Notes: generated by a model not told the origin, from the letters alone. Shown: positions 1 to 10,124, counted from the stretch's first letter. The stretch: 64,000 bases of DNA from an uncultured Methanosarcinaceae archaeon (GCA_963847185.1 CAWJYV010000007.1:416001-480000), one strand, 5' to 3'. Program-made: numbers and translations.

Positions 1-2078
1 TGGACAATCTGCTTAACTAGCGAGAGGCCAAGTCCGGCTCCCTGGTATTCTTTGGAGGAAAAGGAATTTACCTGACTAAAAGGTTTGAAGAGCTTGCTCT
101 GATCCTCAACTTTAATACCAACTCCTGCATCTTTAACCGTTATTTCCACTAAAGGTCCCTTGGCTCTTGCGCTTACTTCTACAAGACCGTTTTCGTAAGA
201 AAACTTTATAGCATTGTCCAGAAGGTTATACATTATCTGAGCAAATCTAGCTTCATCGGCATAGATGGTGGTAAGGTTGCTATCTATAGCGATTTCAATT
301 TTAATATTTTTCTTATCTGCTATAGGGGCCAAGATCTTTTTTACTGTTTGAAGCTTATCCGCAAGCTCAATCTCTTCATAATCAAGCTCCATTTTTCCGG
401 CTTCTACTCTTGAGAGATCCAGAATGCTATTGATAAGATCCAGAAGGTGTTTTCCACTCTTTGAAATATTCACCACAGATTTTAGTTGTTTTTCATTTAA
501 TTCCCCATACGCCTGTTCAGACAGGAGGTCAGAAAATCCTATTATCGAGTTAAGTGGGGTCCTCAATTCATGGCTCATATTAGCCAGGAACTCACTTTTG
601 GTACGATTCGCAATTTCTGCTAATTGTTTTTCCTGAAGAAGTTTCTCTGCTTCTTTCTTTTTGGTAATGTCTCTACAGGTTTCGAGAACCCCTACAATTT
701 TTCCATCTTCATCAGCTACCGGAGTAGCCTGAACAAACCATGAACTGCCGTCCTCTGCAGTAAATTCACCTGAGCTTTTATTACCTGTTAGAAAAATCTG
801 TTCAATTTGCAGGTATTCAGATAAGGGACCACTTATGCCTGGAGTATCTTTAAGGCGTACTCCTACGGCTTCTTGAAGGTTTATTTTCATCTGTTCAAGA
901 GCGGCCTTATTTGCCCAGACAATGTCAAGTCTGGGGCTTATAAAAACAACAAGTTCACTTAGAGAGTCAAGTAAAGCTTTATTTTCCTTTTCTTGAGCTT
1001 TTAGTTCCTGCTCTTTCTGGTATTCTTGTTTTGTCAAATAGATTTCATTTAACATCCCGTTTATCTCTCTTGAGAGACGATAAAGTTCATCGTTATCTTT
1101 AAGAGGTAATCTTTTGGAAAAATTTTCTTCCGATCGGGCTCTTGCAACAAAATTCTCGATTCCAACTAACCTTGAGATAAATAATCTATCAAGCGAAACT
1201 TTAACTCCAACTCCTGTCATAAGTCCGGTCAGCAAAAGGAAAAAATACATATAATTAAGGTTTTTCTTGCCATGTTTATAGAGGTCCCTTGGGAAGTCCG
1301 CTCTCATCACAATGGCAGGCTTGCCTGAAATATCCTTTAATTCGAAATACCCTGCTACTCGCTCTTTATCTAGAGGTTCGATAATTGCCTTTCCCGGAGT
1401 CTTGGAAAAATTATTAATTTTTGTCCGGAATTCAGGGGGCATATTTCTATCGGCCCTGTACATCAAAAGAGAAGATTGAGTAGCCTTGTTGAAATAATCA
1501 AGAAGAAGGCTGTCAAAGTATCTCCCGAAAATCAAAGTGCCCTTCACAGGACCCGTGTGATTTGTCGTAAGAATGGGATGGCATGAAACAAACATTGGGC
1601 TTTCATCGAGTAATACGAAACCTCTTACAGTATCATGTTCAGATTTTGTAATAAGAGTGCCATCGTCTATCACGTCGAGAAGATCTTGTGGAACCGGTCT
1701 CTCTTCTCCACTATATATGTCTATAAATTTTGCATAAACGATGGACCCAGAGTTATTAACGAAAAGCATCACATTAATTCTTAGTCCTGCAAGAGTCTGG
1801 TTCTGAATGTCTACATCTATAAATTTCTGATTTCTATCTTCGATAAACCTGTAAGTATCATCCCAGCATGCCCAGTCCTGAACTATTTGATCAAGATATA
1901 TCTGTTCAGTAGACACCGTATTTTGTACTTTTTCTACATCCTCTAATGTGTCCGCCTGTTCAAGCTCCAAAAAATTGGAAAGCTGCATATCGTGAGTAAA
2001 CGTAAATACAACAGTAAGAGCGGCAAAAATTAGTAGGGTTATTATAAGAACCTTTTTAGTAATATCTATTGCGGACAC
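1..2078 (-). CDS. Membrane sensor histidine kinase (CHASE4-HAMP-PAS-HisKA-HATPase_c); 3' end lies outside the window
   Basis: Absent from the ORF track because it has no stop in the window. Manual translation gives an N-terminal TM helix, CHASE4-like DWACWDDTYRF, H-box KSEFLANMSHELRTPLNSIIG and G2 box YQGAGLGLSLVKQIV at the edge. GTG at 2078 is in frame with the edge codons. Confidence 0.9.
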   Translation of the reverse strand, partial: MSAIDITKKVLIITLLIFAALTVVFTFTHDMQLSNFLELEQADTLEDVEKVQNTVSTEQIYLDQIVQDWACWDDTYRFIEDRNQKFIDVDIQNQTLAGLRINVMLFVNNSGSIVYAKFIDIYSGEERPVPQDLLDVIDDGTLITKSEHDTVRGFVLLDESPMFVSCHPILTTNHTGPVKGTLIFGRYFDSLLLDYFNKATQSSLLMYRADRNMPPEFRTKINNFSKTPGKAIIEPLDKERVAGYFELKDISGKPAIVMRADFPRDLYKHGKKNLNYMYFFLLLTGLMTGVGVKVSLDRLFISRLVGIENFVARARSEENFSKRLPLKDNDELYRLSREINGMLNEIYLTKQEYQKEQELKAQEKENKALLDSLSELVVFISPRLDIVWANKAALEQMKINLQEAVGVRLKDTPGISGPLSEYLQIEQIFLTGNKSSGEFTAEDGSSWFVQATPVADEDGKIVGVLETCRDITKKKEAEKLLQEKQLAEIANRTKSEFLANMSHELRTPLNSIIGFSDLLSEQAYGELNEKQLKSVVNISKSGKHLLDLINSILDLSRVEAGKMELDYEEIELADKLQTVKKILAPIADKKNIKIEIAIDSNLTTIYADEARFAQIMYNLLDNAIKFSYENGLVEVSARAKGPLVEITVKDAGVGIKVEDQSKLFKPFSQVNSFSSKEYQGAGLGLSLVKQIV

Positions 2079-2413
2079 CACACAGATTGTTAATAATCGG
2101 TAGCTTACAAGTGTGTCTGTTTAAATCAAAAAGAAATGGCCCTTAATACAAAATTAAAGAGATAGTTAGATCAAATTTAAAATTAATTGTCATTTATATT
2201 TGCAATATTATTTCGTGATTATATATAAATATTTAGAGTGAATTTAAAAAAGCATTAATAATAATTTAATTATATTCATCAATCAAAGTGGAAGTGATGT
2301 ATCCTGTTACGGGAAACGAATATTCTACTGAAATGCATCCCAATTCTAGAGTTTGCTATTAATAGAAATATGCACTCTTGTTGGTCAATCCTCAAGATTA
2401 AAAACTTCTGAAT

Positions 2414-2449
2414 GGTTGTAATCGAATTTATATGGGTTGTAATCGAATT
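2414..2449. repeat. 15-bp direct repeat GGTTGTAATCGAATT x2, 21-bp period
   Basis: Copies start at 2414 and 2435, upstream of the kinase. Confidence 0.8.
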
Positions 2450-3173
2450 ATCGACATTTCATCGCTGATACGACACTAGACAGAAATAGGTAGTTCCATT
2501 CATTGAATACAGATCTAAAAGGAAAGAATAGGAAAGGGTCAGTTTCACAAAATGCTGGTAATTTTTCAGCTGGGAAAACGGAATGTTCATGAAAGTACCA
2601 CATTTTTATCGGTTGTAGGTTGCTTGACAAGACCCTCTTTCAAATTCTTCCAATCCTTTCAAGGACATCTGATAAATAATAATATATTTTTAAAGCATAA
2701 GAACCTTATTTACTCAATAATTGCATAGAAAAAAAAGAAAAACATATATACTTGAGAAACTATCGATATGTCAGTAGCGTGGGATCAAAAAACTATACGA
2801 ACAGACCAAAAAGTGTGCCATCAATAAGGAGTTTTATATAATTCCCCCATGTTACTTCCTTTTAACTTTAATTTTTGGCATTCCTTTGTTGCTTATGTTT
2901 AAGAATTTTATCATTTTTTAGATAAAAGCAAATCTTGAGAAACTTGAAACATGATTTTCTAAGGTTCGAATTTTTGATATTTTTTGAGATTTTTGATTTC
3001 CCCATTCTATCTTTGCTTTTTTAGGGTAATCCTTATTCTTCATCAGAAAAAATTAGATCATCTTCGAAGGAGCAAATAGCATTTGCAAACCAAAAACCGA
3101 AATAAATTTCGAGTTTAGAAGAAAATAATAAGTTCTGAAAGTCAAAGTAGATTGTTCAGAAAAACTCGAAAGC

Positions 3174-3818
3174 TCATTCAGGTATAAGACTTTTCAAATA
3201 ATCAAGAAGAGCGGTATGGTTTTCAAGTACAAGATCGGCATGCTGAATCTTTTCAGGCTCAAGCATACTTGCAACTGCTACGCAATAAAGTCCGGCTCTT
3301 TTGGCTGCAATTATACCTAGAGGTGCATTTTCAACTACAACACATTCGTTCTTTGTCACATCAAGTTTCTCAACAGCTTTAAGATAAGGGTCGGGATCAG
3401 GCTTTCCACGTTCCAAATCACTCCCGTTAATGATAACTTCAAAGTAACCTGGAAAAAATTTACCTACAATTTTTGTTACTGTATTGACATTTGATCCGGA
3501 GACCATAGCAAGCCTGAAATGCTTCTTTAATTCATCAAGACAGTCCAGAACACCTTGAAAAGGCTTTATCTCATCAAACTCCAGAAACTCACGTTTTCTT
3601 TCAGGAAGTTGCTCGAAATGCCAGGATTCAGGCTCTTTGCCAGCCTTTTCAAATATTGCTTTAATCAACCTTGCGTCGTTTGAGCCCTCAAGTTCATAAA
3701 TATCTTCCCTGGTAATGGTAATGCCAATTTCCTTGAAGGCTTTAGCCCAGGCATCGGCTTGAAAAAACATGGAATCCACAAGAACCCCATCCACATCAAA
3801 AATTATCGCTTTTAACAT
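3174..3818 (-). CDS. HAD-superfamily phosphatase (beta-phosphoglucomutase-like)
   Basis: Motifs FDVDGVLVDS, KPDPDPY and VENAPLGI. Confidence 0.9.
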   Translation of the reverse strand: MLKAIIFDVDGVLVDSMFFQADAWAKAFKEIGITITREDIYELEGSNDARLIKAIFEKAGKEPESWHFEQLPERKREFLEFDEIKPFQGVLDCLDELKKHFRLAMVSGSNVNTVTKIVGKFFPGYFEVIINGSDLERGKPDPDPYLKAVEKLDVTKNECVVVENAPLGIIAAKRAGLYCVAVASMLEPEKIQHADLVLENHTALLDYLKSLIPE

Positions 3819-3926
3819 CTAGTCATAGATTGTTGTAATCTATAATAAATTTTGTGAAAATAATCTTTCAAGGAATTCTCTATATAGAAATATCTCAAGT
3901 TTTTAGCTAAATAAGGACTTATTCTT

Positions 3927-4139
3927 TTATTTGTTATACTTATCGTAAATATAGCCGCCCAGCCAGTAACCTAGAATGGCAAACGCAGCGGTACCTGGAG
4001 CATAAAAAGGGACTTTAGATTCTGGAAGGTGGATGAATAAATTGAAAAATAGAAGATATGAAATCAAAAAAATTATAAATCCGCTTAGTTGTACCTGTAT
4101 TTTTGTTATATGCAGGTTTATCAAACCCCCCTCTTCCAA
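3927..4139 (-). CDS. Small two-TM membrane protein, hypothetical
   Basis: 70-aa ORF with two hydrophobic segments; start uncertain. Confidence 0.45.
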   Translation of the reverse strand: MEEGGLINLHITKIQVQLSGFIIFLISYLLFFNLFIHLPESKVPFYAPGTAAFAILGYWLGGYIYDKYNK

Positions 4140-4204
4140 TCTATAAATATAGAAATCTCAGATCTTTGGCATGTGCTTACAAGCTTTCACTTTTTTACTC
4201 TATT

Positions 4205-4345
4205 TTTCATTTCTTCTTCATTTTTATTCTTCACTTTCTTCTTCATTTTTATTCTTCACTTTTTTCTTCAGATGCTTCTTCACTTCCCTTCTCCATTTTA
4301 TTCTTCAATGTTTCTTCACTTTCCTTCTTCACTTTTTTTCTTCTC
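4205..4345. repeat. Degenerate minisatellite, about 11 units of 11-13 bp ending in TTCTTCA
   Basis: Units such as tttttattcttca, ctttcttcttca and gatgcttcttca; overlaps the 3' end of msrB. Confidence 0.8.
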
Positions 4346-4750
4346 TCCTTCTTTCTTGAACTCAAGAGAAACAGAGTTGATGCAGTAACGTTTCCCCGTA
4401 GGTGCAGGCCCGTCTTCAAAAACATGCCCCAGGTGGCTTCCACAACGGGAACAGACTACCTCGATCCTGTTCATGAAGTGGCTGGTGTCTTCTTTGAGCC
4501 TTACCTTGTCGCTGGAAATCGCATCGTAGAAACTTGGCCAGCCAGTTCCTGACTCAAACTTGGTATCTGAAGAAAATAGTTCTTGCCCGCAGGCAGCGCA
4601 TGTATAGACTCCTTTTTCCTTGTTATAATACAGGTTGCCGGAAAAAGGTCTCTCTGTACCTTTCTGCCTCAGGACATTATATTGTTCAGGAGTAAGAACT
4701 TTCTTCCATTCCTCTTCTGATATTTCGGTTTTATTCTCTGCCAGTCGCAA
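4316..4750 (-). CDS. msrB: Peptide-methionine (R)-S-oxide reductase
   Basis: [30 protein letters not shown] and RYCINS. Start placed near 4744-4750 from the GGGGGT SD, not at 4813. Confidence 0.97.
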   Translation of the reverse strand: MRLAENKTEISEEEWKKVLTPEQYNVLRQKGTERPFSGNLYYNKEKGVYTCAACGQELFSSDTKFESGTGWPSFYDAISSDKVRLKEDTSHFMNRIEVVCSRCGSHLGHVFEDGPAPTGKRYCINSVSLEFKKEGEKKKSEEGK

Positions 4751-4822
4751 ACCCCCTTTATACATATGAATTAGCCATTCCTGAAATATTATATTTTTCT
4801 TCTGAGCAGGCAAATTGTATAC

Positions 4823-6034
4823 TCATTCATGCCTGAGCGAATCTACAGGTTTCATGTTTGCGGCCTTCCTTGCCGGATAGACCCCTGATACAAAGCCCAC
4901 AAAAACGGCTACCAGGAATCCGGCTATTATCAGGCTGAACGGGAATACTACAGGAAGATTAAGGGAACTTTCCACTCCGTAGGCACCTGCAATACCTAAG
5001 GTGCTTCCAATAACTCCTCCGAAGACTCCGAGCAGAATTGACTCCACCATAAAAAGGAAAAGGATATCAAAGCCGGTAAAACCAAGAGACTTGAGCACCC
5101 CTATCTCCCTTGTCCTTTCAGTTACGCTTACAAGCATGATATTCATGATCCCTATTGAACCTACAAGGAGGGAAATCAAGGCAACTGTTGTTAGAAACGA
5201 ACTGAGCGCCGCTGCCATCATATCAGTCTGCTCTAAAACTTCGGCCTGGTTGATGAGCATATAGGGCCGTGCCTCTTTGTCTTCAAACTCTCTGTCGGCA
5301 ATCCCGAAGTTCCGGGCAAGGCGTTTGTCCACTTCATCCGAAGTATTCTCAATGGTTGCAGGGTCATCAGCCATTGCAAAAACTCCACCATAGTCCGTTT
5401 CTCCAAGGATTTCGTTCATTACATGGATAGGGATCAGCACAGCTTCGTTATCGTCATATGCCTGGATAAAGGTGTTTTCTGGATTCTGGATTATTCCTTT
5501 AACCCTGAAGGTCTTTGTAACGGTCTCGTTTTCCCCTACCCTGAAACTTATATTTATAGAGTTTCGGACTGAGATGTTCCGATCAAACTTTTCATTTGCA
5601 ACGTCGTGCCCGATGACAGCTACATATCCGTCGTTGTCGTTAATGAAAGTCCCTTTCTGGAGTTTGGTATTCGCCACTTCGTCGTAATCCGCCCCTACTC
5701 CGCTTACCATTATATTTTTAGTCTGGGACATGTACGTAACTTCCGCAGTCTGGGATTTCAAAGGTGAAACTCCGGAGATTCCAGGAGTATTTTCAACGAG
5801 CTTCATCTCATCATCGTAGAAAATTTTTGGTTCCATCCCCTGAATGTAAATGAAATTCGACCCTATATTGGTTACCTCATTTGTAAAATGCTGGTTGAAA
5901 CTTGCCCCAAGGGACACATTAGCAATTACAGCCGCAACTCCGATAACGATTCCAAGCACGGTAAGGGTTGAGCGCATCTTTGCGCTTTTAATGCTTCCAA
6001 GCGCTATTTTTCCTGCACTTAAAGGGGGGATCAT
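4823..6034 (-). CDS. ABC transporter permease, MacB/FtsX family
   Basis: RSTLTVLGIVIGVAAVI, GIMNIMLVSVTERTREIG and YPARKAA. Confidence 0.95.
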   Translation of the reverse strand: MIPPLSAGKIALGSIKSAKMRSTLTVLGIVIGVAAVIANVSLGASFNQHFTNEVTNIGSNFIYIQGMEPKIFYDDEMKLVENTPGISGVSPLKSQTAEVTYMSQTKNIMVSGVGADYDEVANTKLQKGTFINDNDGYVAVIGHDVANEKFDRNISVRNSINISFRVGENETVTKTFRVKGIIQNPENTFIQAYDDNEAVLIPIHVMNEILGETDYGGVFAMADDPATIENTSDEVDKRLARNFGIADREFEDKEARPYMLINQAEVLEQTDMMAAALSSFLTTVALISLLVGSIGIMNIMLVSVTERTREIGVLKSLGFTGFDILFLFMVESILLGVFGGVIGSTLGIAGAYGVESSLNLPVVFPFSLIIAGFLVAVFVGFVSGVYPARKAANMKPVDSLRHE

Positions 6035-6173
6035 GAATTAGGGCTCCGTTTTAAGTTTTTTGGGAAGGATAAAAGTCAAGAATTAAAATCAAAGCTTATT
6101 TTCCTTAACTTTCTTTAAATGAATCTATTAAACATATAAATCCTGCTGAATAGAAAAGCTAGAGTCACATAAT

Positions 6174-6221
6174 AAGGAAATAAATACCTGGTACAGGAAG
6201 GAAATAAATACCTGGTACAGG
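6174..6221. repeat. Perfect 24-bp tandem duplication AAGGAAATAAATACCTGGTACAGG x2
   Basis: Copies at 6174-6197 and 6198-6221; each contains CCTG-N3-CAGG. Confidence 0.95.
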
Positions 6222-6259
6222 ATAACAAATGTTTGCGAATAAATATTAGAGGACGTATA

Positions 6260-6784
6260 ATGACTTTTAATATCCGCCCCGAAATCCCATTCGATTACCC
6301 TGCAATAACCGAAGTAAACGACCTTGCTTTCGGATAGCCTGCTGAGGGGAAACTCGTTGAAAACCTCAGGAAAAACCCCAAATTTGTCCCTGAACTTTCA
6401 CTTGTAGCTGAAGCTGATGGAAAAATCGTTGGTCACATTCTCTTGTTCCCGATAATAATCAGATCAGCAACAGGAGAGGAAAAGGAGACGATTTCACTTG
6501 CTCCGGTGGCAGTTAGGCCAGATTTTCAGAAAAAAGGTATCGGGGAAGAACTTATAAAGGAAGGGCTTAAGTCTTCCGACAGACAGTTCGGATATGATTC
6601 TGTTATAGTTCTCGGGCATCCTGAGTACTATCCGAAGTTTGGGTTCAAAAAGGCTGGCTCATGGGGAATAAAAGATCCTTTTGGTGCGCCGGCTGAAGCT
6701 TTTATGGCACTGGAATTAAAGGAAGGAGCTCTTAAAGGCGCAGGCGGGGTTGTAGAATATCCTGAAGAGTTCAATAGCGTGTAA
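6260..6784 (+). CDS. GNAT N-acetyltransferase (YhbS-like) with an in-frame TAG at codon 26
   Basis: ATG 6260 follows GAGG. Reads MTFNIRPE...DLAFG*PAEGKLVENLR...SLVAEADGKIVGHIL and continues in frame into ORF 6443 (LAPVAVRPDFQKKGIG, LGHPEYYPKFGF). TAG is at 6335-6337. Confidence 0.88.
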
Positions 6785-6936
6785 AGAAGAATTAAAAATC
6801 CGAAATTAACAGATCTAAAATCAAATAGCATGAAATCAAAATCTAAAATCCTTGCTTCTTGGTTTTGATCACTCAGATTATTTTCACATCAAATTGCTTT
6901 TCGCATCAGATTACTTCACATGAGCTTATTCTTTTT

Positions 6937-7054
6937 TAGGACTTACGCACTTGATGTTCAAAATCAATATCAATAGACCTCACTAATAAATCGATGCTTT
7001 AGACAGTTGAAGGTTTGAGGCTGTTGATTATTCAGTTCAACCGCGTAAGTTCTA
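6937..7054. mobile_element. 118-bp MITE-like element, copy 1 (TIR TAGGACTTACGC)
   Basis: Terminal inverted repeats; 6 mismatches against the copy at 49816-49933. Confidence 0.9.
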
Positions 7055-7125
7055 TTTTTATAATTTTGCAGGAAATAGAATGGGAAATAATCCAATGAAA
7101 TTTCTGTACAAAAAATAGAAGAATT

Positions 7126-7731
7126 TCAGAGCGAAGGCGTAAGGCTTGACTCGATTTTTCTGTACTCCGGGCCTGGAAGACAAGGAACTGATATCATTTT
7201 CCCAAGGTCTCTTACTTTTTCCAGAAGCTGGGGCCGGGAGGAAATTTCAAGTTTATCCGTGCCTGCTGCAATAACCGTCTCAATCACATCAAAACCCAGA
7301 TAGTAAAAGAGACCTGCTGTATATTCGATATAGTGTTTGAAGGCATCTCTATCCGAGCTACCCTGGGAAAAAACGAGAATTAATTTTTTGTTATCAAGTC
7401 TGCTCGAGAAGTTGGGCCTTAAAAAGGCTGTCAGTCGGTCAATAAATATTTTAGTCTGTCCAGTCATCTGCCACAGATAGATCGGAGAGCCAAGTACAAC
7501 AGTATCCGCATCTTTAATTTCTTTGTAAATCTCTTGCATATCATCATTTATTACGCAGAATCCTGATTCCTGGCATCTGCGACAGGCATCACAGCCTCTT
7601 ATCTCCAGAGAAGCCAGGTTATAAATTACTTTCTCGGCTCCATTTTCGGCAGCACCTTCGAGAATTGAGTTGACAAGCTTTGCAGTATTTCCATTATTAT
7701 TCGGACTACCCACCAATCCAAGGACTTTAAT
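7126..7731 (-). CDS. Iron-sulfur flavoprotein / NADPH-dependent FMN reductase family
   Basis: GSPNNNGNT, CDACRRC-X5-C and LGSPIY. Homology begins at IKVLGLVGSP (7731); the extension to 7926 looks spurious. Confidence 0.88.
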   Translation of the reverse strand: MKVLGLVGSPNNNGNTAKLVNSILEGAAENGAEKVIYNLASLEIRGCDACRRCQESGFCVINDDMQEIYKEIKDADTVVLGSPIYLWQMTGQTKIFIDRLTAFLRPNFSSRLDNKKLILVFSQGSSDRDAFKHYIEYTAGLFYYLGFDVIETVIAAGTDKLEISSRPQLLEKVRDLGKMISVPCLPGPEYRKIESSLTPSL

Positions 7732-7997
7732 GCTAGAACCCCCGTTTGAATATTTAAAAGGATAAATCTCACTCAGAAATAAACAAAAGTATAAATGATC
7801 GGTCAGAATAAAAATGTTTCTCCTGTCTATGCAGCAAAATAGTGGTACCAAAAATCTCCCTAGAAGAGGAATAATTAGGAAAATATAAGGGAAAATGAAG
7901 GAAAAGAGAAAATAGCTCTCCTTCATAAAGAAGAAATTAATTTCATTTTCTCCATTTTTATTTTTTCCTTTTGCCCCTTCTTTACGTTTTTGCTTTT

Positions 7998-10124
7998 TTA
8001 TTTTCTCTTTGCTTTTAAGGCGGCAAAAACCCCAAGACTTGCAAGTAATGCAGAAGTCATTCTAAATCCGTGTACTTGAAACCCATCATCTTCTGGTTGT
8101 GACGCCTGGGGCAAAGCTGTGTAGGTTTCATAATTGGAAATAGAAACTCCAAGAAAAGCAGAATCATTTGAATAATAATTTGCAAGGTTTTTGATAAGTT
8201 TCTGTATCGATACCTTATTCTCAAAGCCTTCTCCTACAGATACTTCTATTAGCCCTTTTGAACCCATACCTCTAATTTCCCCCATCTGAGGGGCAATGGA
8301 ATCAACTATACTGGATTCTGAATTCAGCTTTTCAGTCTCTTTATCATAAGCTCTGATCATGAAAAAATTGACTAACGGAGCTATTTCATCAATATTTGTT
8401 ACAGGATACTGAGATGGAATACTTGCCGAAACAGATACATTGCCTCTGGCTTTTTCATATGCAGTCTCAAAGAGCGTTCTGTAGTCCGTATAATTATTTC
8501 CAGATTCTTCTTTAACAGAGGATTTTACGTAAATATTAATTCCGTCAAAGGGTGCAAGAGACTTATTATTGTAATCGAATACCGAGTTTAAAGACTCCTG
8601 GAAGTTTTGCAAATCCGTGTCCTCTGAGAAATTGGAATCTTCCAGAATCACGGCGTGTACGGCAATTCCTTTTTCATGAGCTTTCTTTACAAAACGTTCA
8701 TATTGCCAGACATTTTCACTTCCCACGCTCAGGAAAATGGTGTTTATACCTGATGAATTGAGTTCCTGTGAAAGGGTTTGAATATCAAACTGATATGGAG
8801 AAGAAAGTTTTATTCCAGAAACAGTGACATGGTATTCAGGAAAGGATGTATTTGAGGTATTTGTTTCCTTTTTATTCTCGTTTTCCTGTGCCTGCGCAAT
8901 TCCTTCTTGAACAGAGCCCTCATAGCCTGGTTCTGATTCAGGAACATTTTCAGATTCAAAAACAGGTTCGGCTTGAGAAGAATTCCCAGAAATATTTTCA
9001 GAAATTTTTTTGTAGTTGATTTCTGAAATATTATCAGAATTATTTTCAGAATTGTTTCCAGAAATATCTTTCTTCGAAATATCTGATTCCAAACCGGTTG
9101 GAATAAATACCGTTGGTTCTATCTCTATATACTTTCTTACATAAACATATTCAACTGTCATATCTCCTGTATTCTTCGAAGAATCTGAATCCGATTCTGT
9201 GTAAAGATAAATATGCATACGGGAATTGGGAACAGCTTCATCTGAGGTATAGTCCATGCTCGAGTCACGGACACCATTTTTAAACCAGGCTATTTCCCGA
9301 TTCTCATTCCCCTTAAACCAGGCAACTCCCGAAACATACCATTGCCCTTCAGAAACACTGGTGTCAGTAAGGTCAGGGGAGTTATAATCTTCCTTTTTGG
9401 ATACTTCCCAGCTAACATAACTTTCATCGGCAAGTTTAGTTTTATGTGTGATTTGATTATTTTTGCTGTTTATCTGGTCTGTAAAACCCTGAAGCAGAAT
9501 AGGTCCCCTGCTATCTGTGCCGGTGGTAGTTTTTATTCTCTTTACTACAAACATAGAGTTAATGTCAAAAGTGTTTTTACTGTAGATTACAGAAGAGTCA
9601 TGAACATGCGCTTCAGGGGCTGAAATCTTACATTTTCCATTTTCGATCTCAATCGTTCCTCCACCTGTACTCTCGGTAGCCCATCTAAGCTCACTGAAAG
9701 TGCTATCCTCAAAATCATCGAAAAAATCAAACGTATCCTTTCCCCTGCTTTCATCCTCAGCCTCAGGATTTCCATACTTCATAAGAATAACATCTTTTTC
9801 TTTTGCAGGAAGGGAAGGGATCTTGACCCATATACGGGCTTCTTTGTTTTCAGATTCCCAGGTTTCAATCCAGTACTTTAGTTTCTTACTGTCGGAAAAA
9901 AAGCGGATGTCTGAACCGTCATTTTGTGCCTTTGAAAAATCGAAATTGGAAGAGTTCAAACTAACTGGGACAGGATAGTCTTCCAGGCTTTGACCGACAT
10001 TCTCAGTAACGATAATATCCTGGGAATACTCCCATTCGTCATCACTTTTAGCTAGGGTACACCCTGTGAAAGAAACTATCAATAAAACAGAAATGATCCC
10101 GCATACGATAAATCTTTTTTTCAT
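7998..10124 (-). CDS. Secreted cell-surface protein with DUF2341 domain, S/N/E-rich linker, possible GH-like barrel and PGF-CTERM-like anchor
   Basis: Signal peptide; NFDFSKAQNDGSDIRF...YWIE.W...WVKIP...YGN; C-terminus VHGF + TM + KAKRK. Confidence 0.8.
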   Translation of the reverse strand: MKKRFIVCGIISVLLIVSFTGCTLAKSDDEWEYSQDIIVTENVGQSLEDYPVPVSLNSSNFDFSKAQNDGSDIRFFSDSKKLKYWIETWESENKEARIWVKIPSLPAKEKDVILMKYGNPEAEDESRGKDTFDFFDDFEDSTFSELRWATESTGGGTIEIENGKCKISAPEAHVHDSSVIYSKNTFDINSMFVVKRIKTTTGTDSRGPILLQGFTDQINSKNNQITHKTKLADESYVSWEVSKKEDYNSPDLTDTSVSEGQWYVSGVAWFKGNENREIAWFKNGVRDSSMDYTSDEAVPNSRMHIYLYTESDSDSSKNTGDMTVEYVYVRKYIEIEPTVFIPTGLESDISKKDISGNNSENNSDNISEINYKKISENISGNSSQAEPVFESENVPESEPGYEGSVQEGIAQAQENENKKETNTSNTSFPEYHVTVSGIKLSSPYQFDIQTLSQELNSSGINTIFLSVGSENVWQYERFVKKAHEKGIAVHAVILEDSNFSEDTDLQNFQESLNSVFDYNNKSLAPFDGINIYVKSSVKEESGNNYTDYRTLFETAYEKARGNVSVSASIPSQYPVTNIDEIAPLVNFFMIRAYDKETEKLNSESSIVDSIAPQMGEIRGMGSKGLIEVSVGEGFENKVSIQKLIKNLANYYSNDSAFLGVSISNYETYTALPQASQPEDDGFQVHGFRMTSALLASLGVFAALKAKRK

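Noticed and set aside
4089-4552. Overlapping Phe/Leu/Ser-rich ORFs (4089, 4103, 4171, 4249)
   Set aside because: Products of the TTCTTCA minisatellite and of frames overlapping msrB
4205-6221. Repeats considered as possible CRISPR arrays
   Set aside because: No unique spacers, wrong periodicity, and no cas genes in the window
7732-7926. Hydrophobic N-terminal extension of the flavoprotein ORF
   Set aside because: AT-rich intergenic-like sequence; family similarity and the SD begin at 7731-7743
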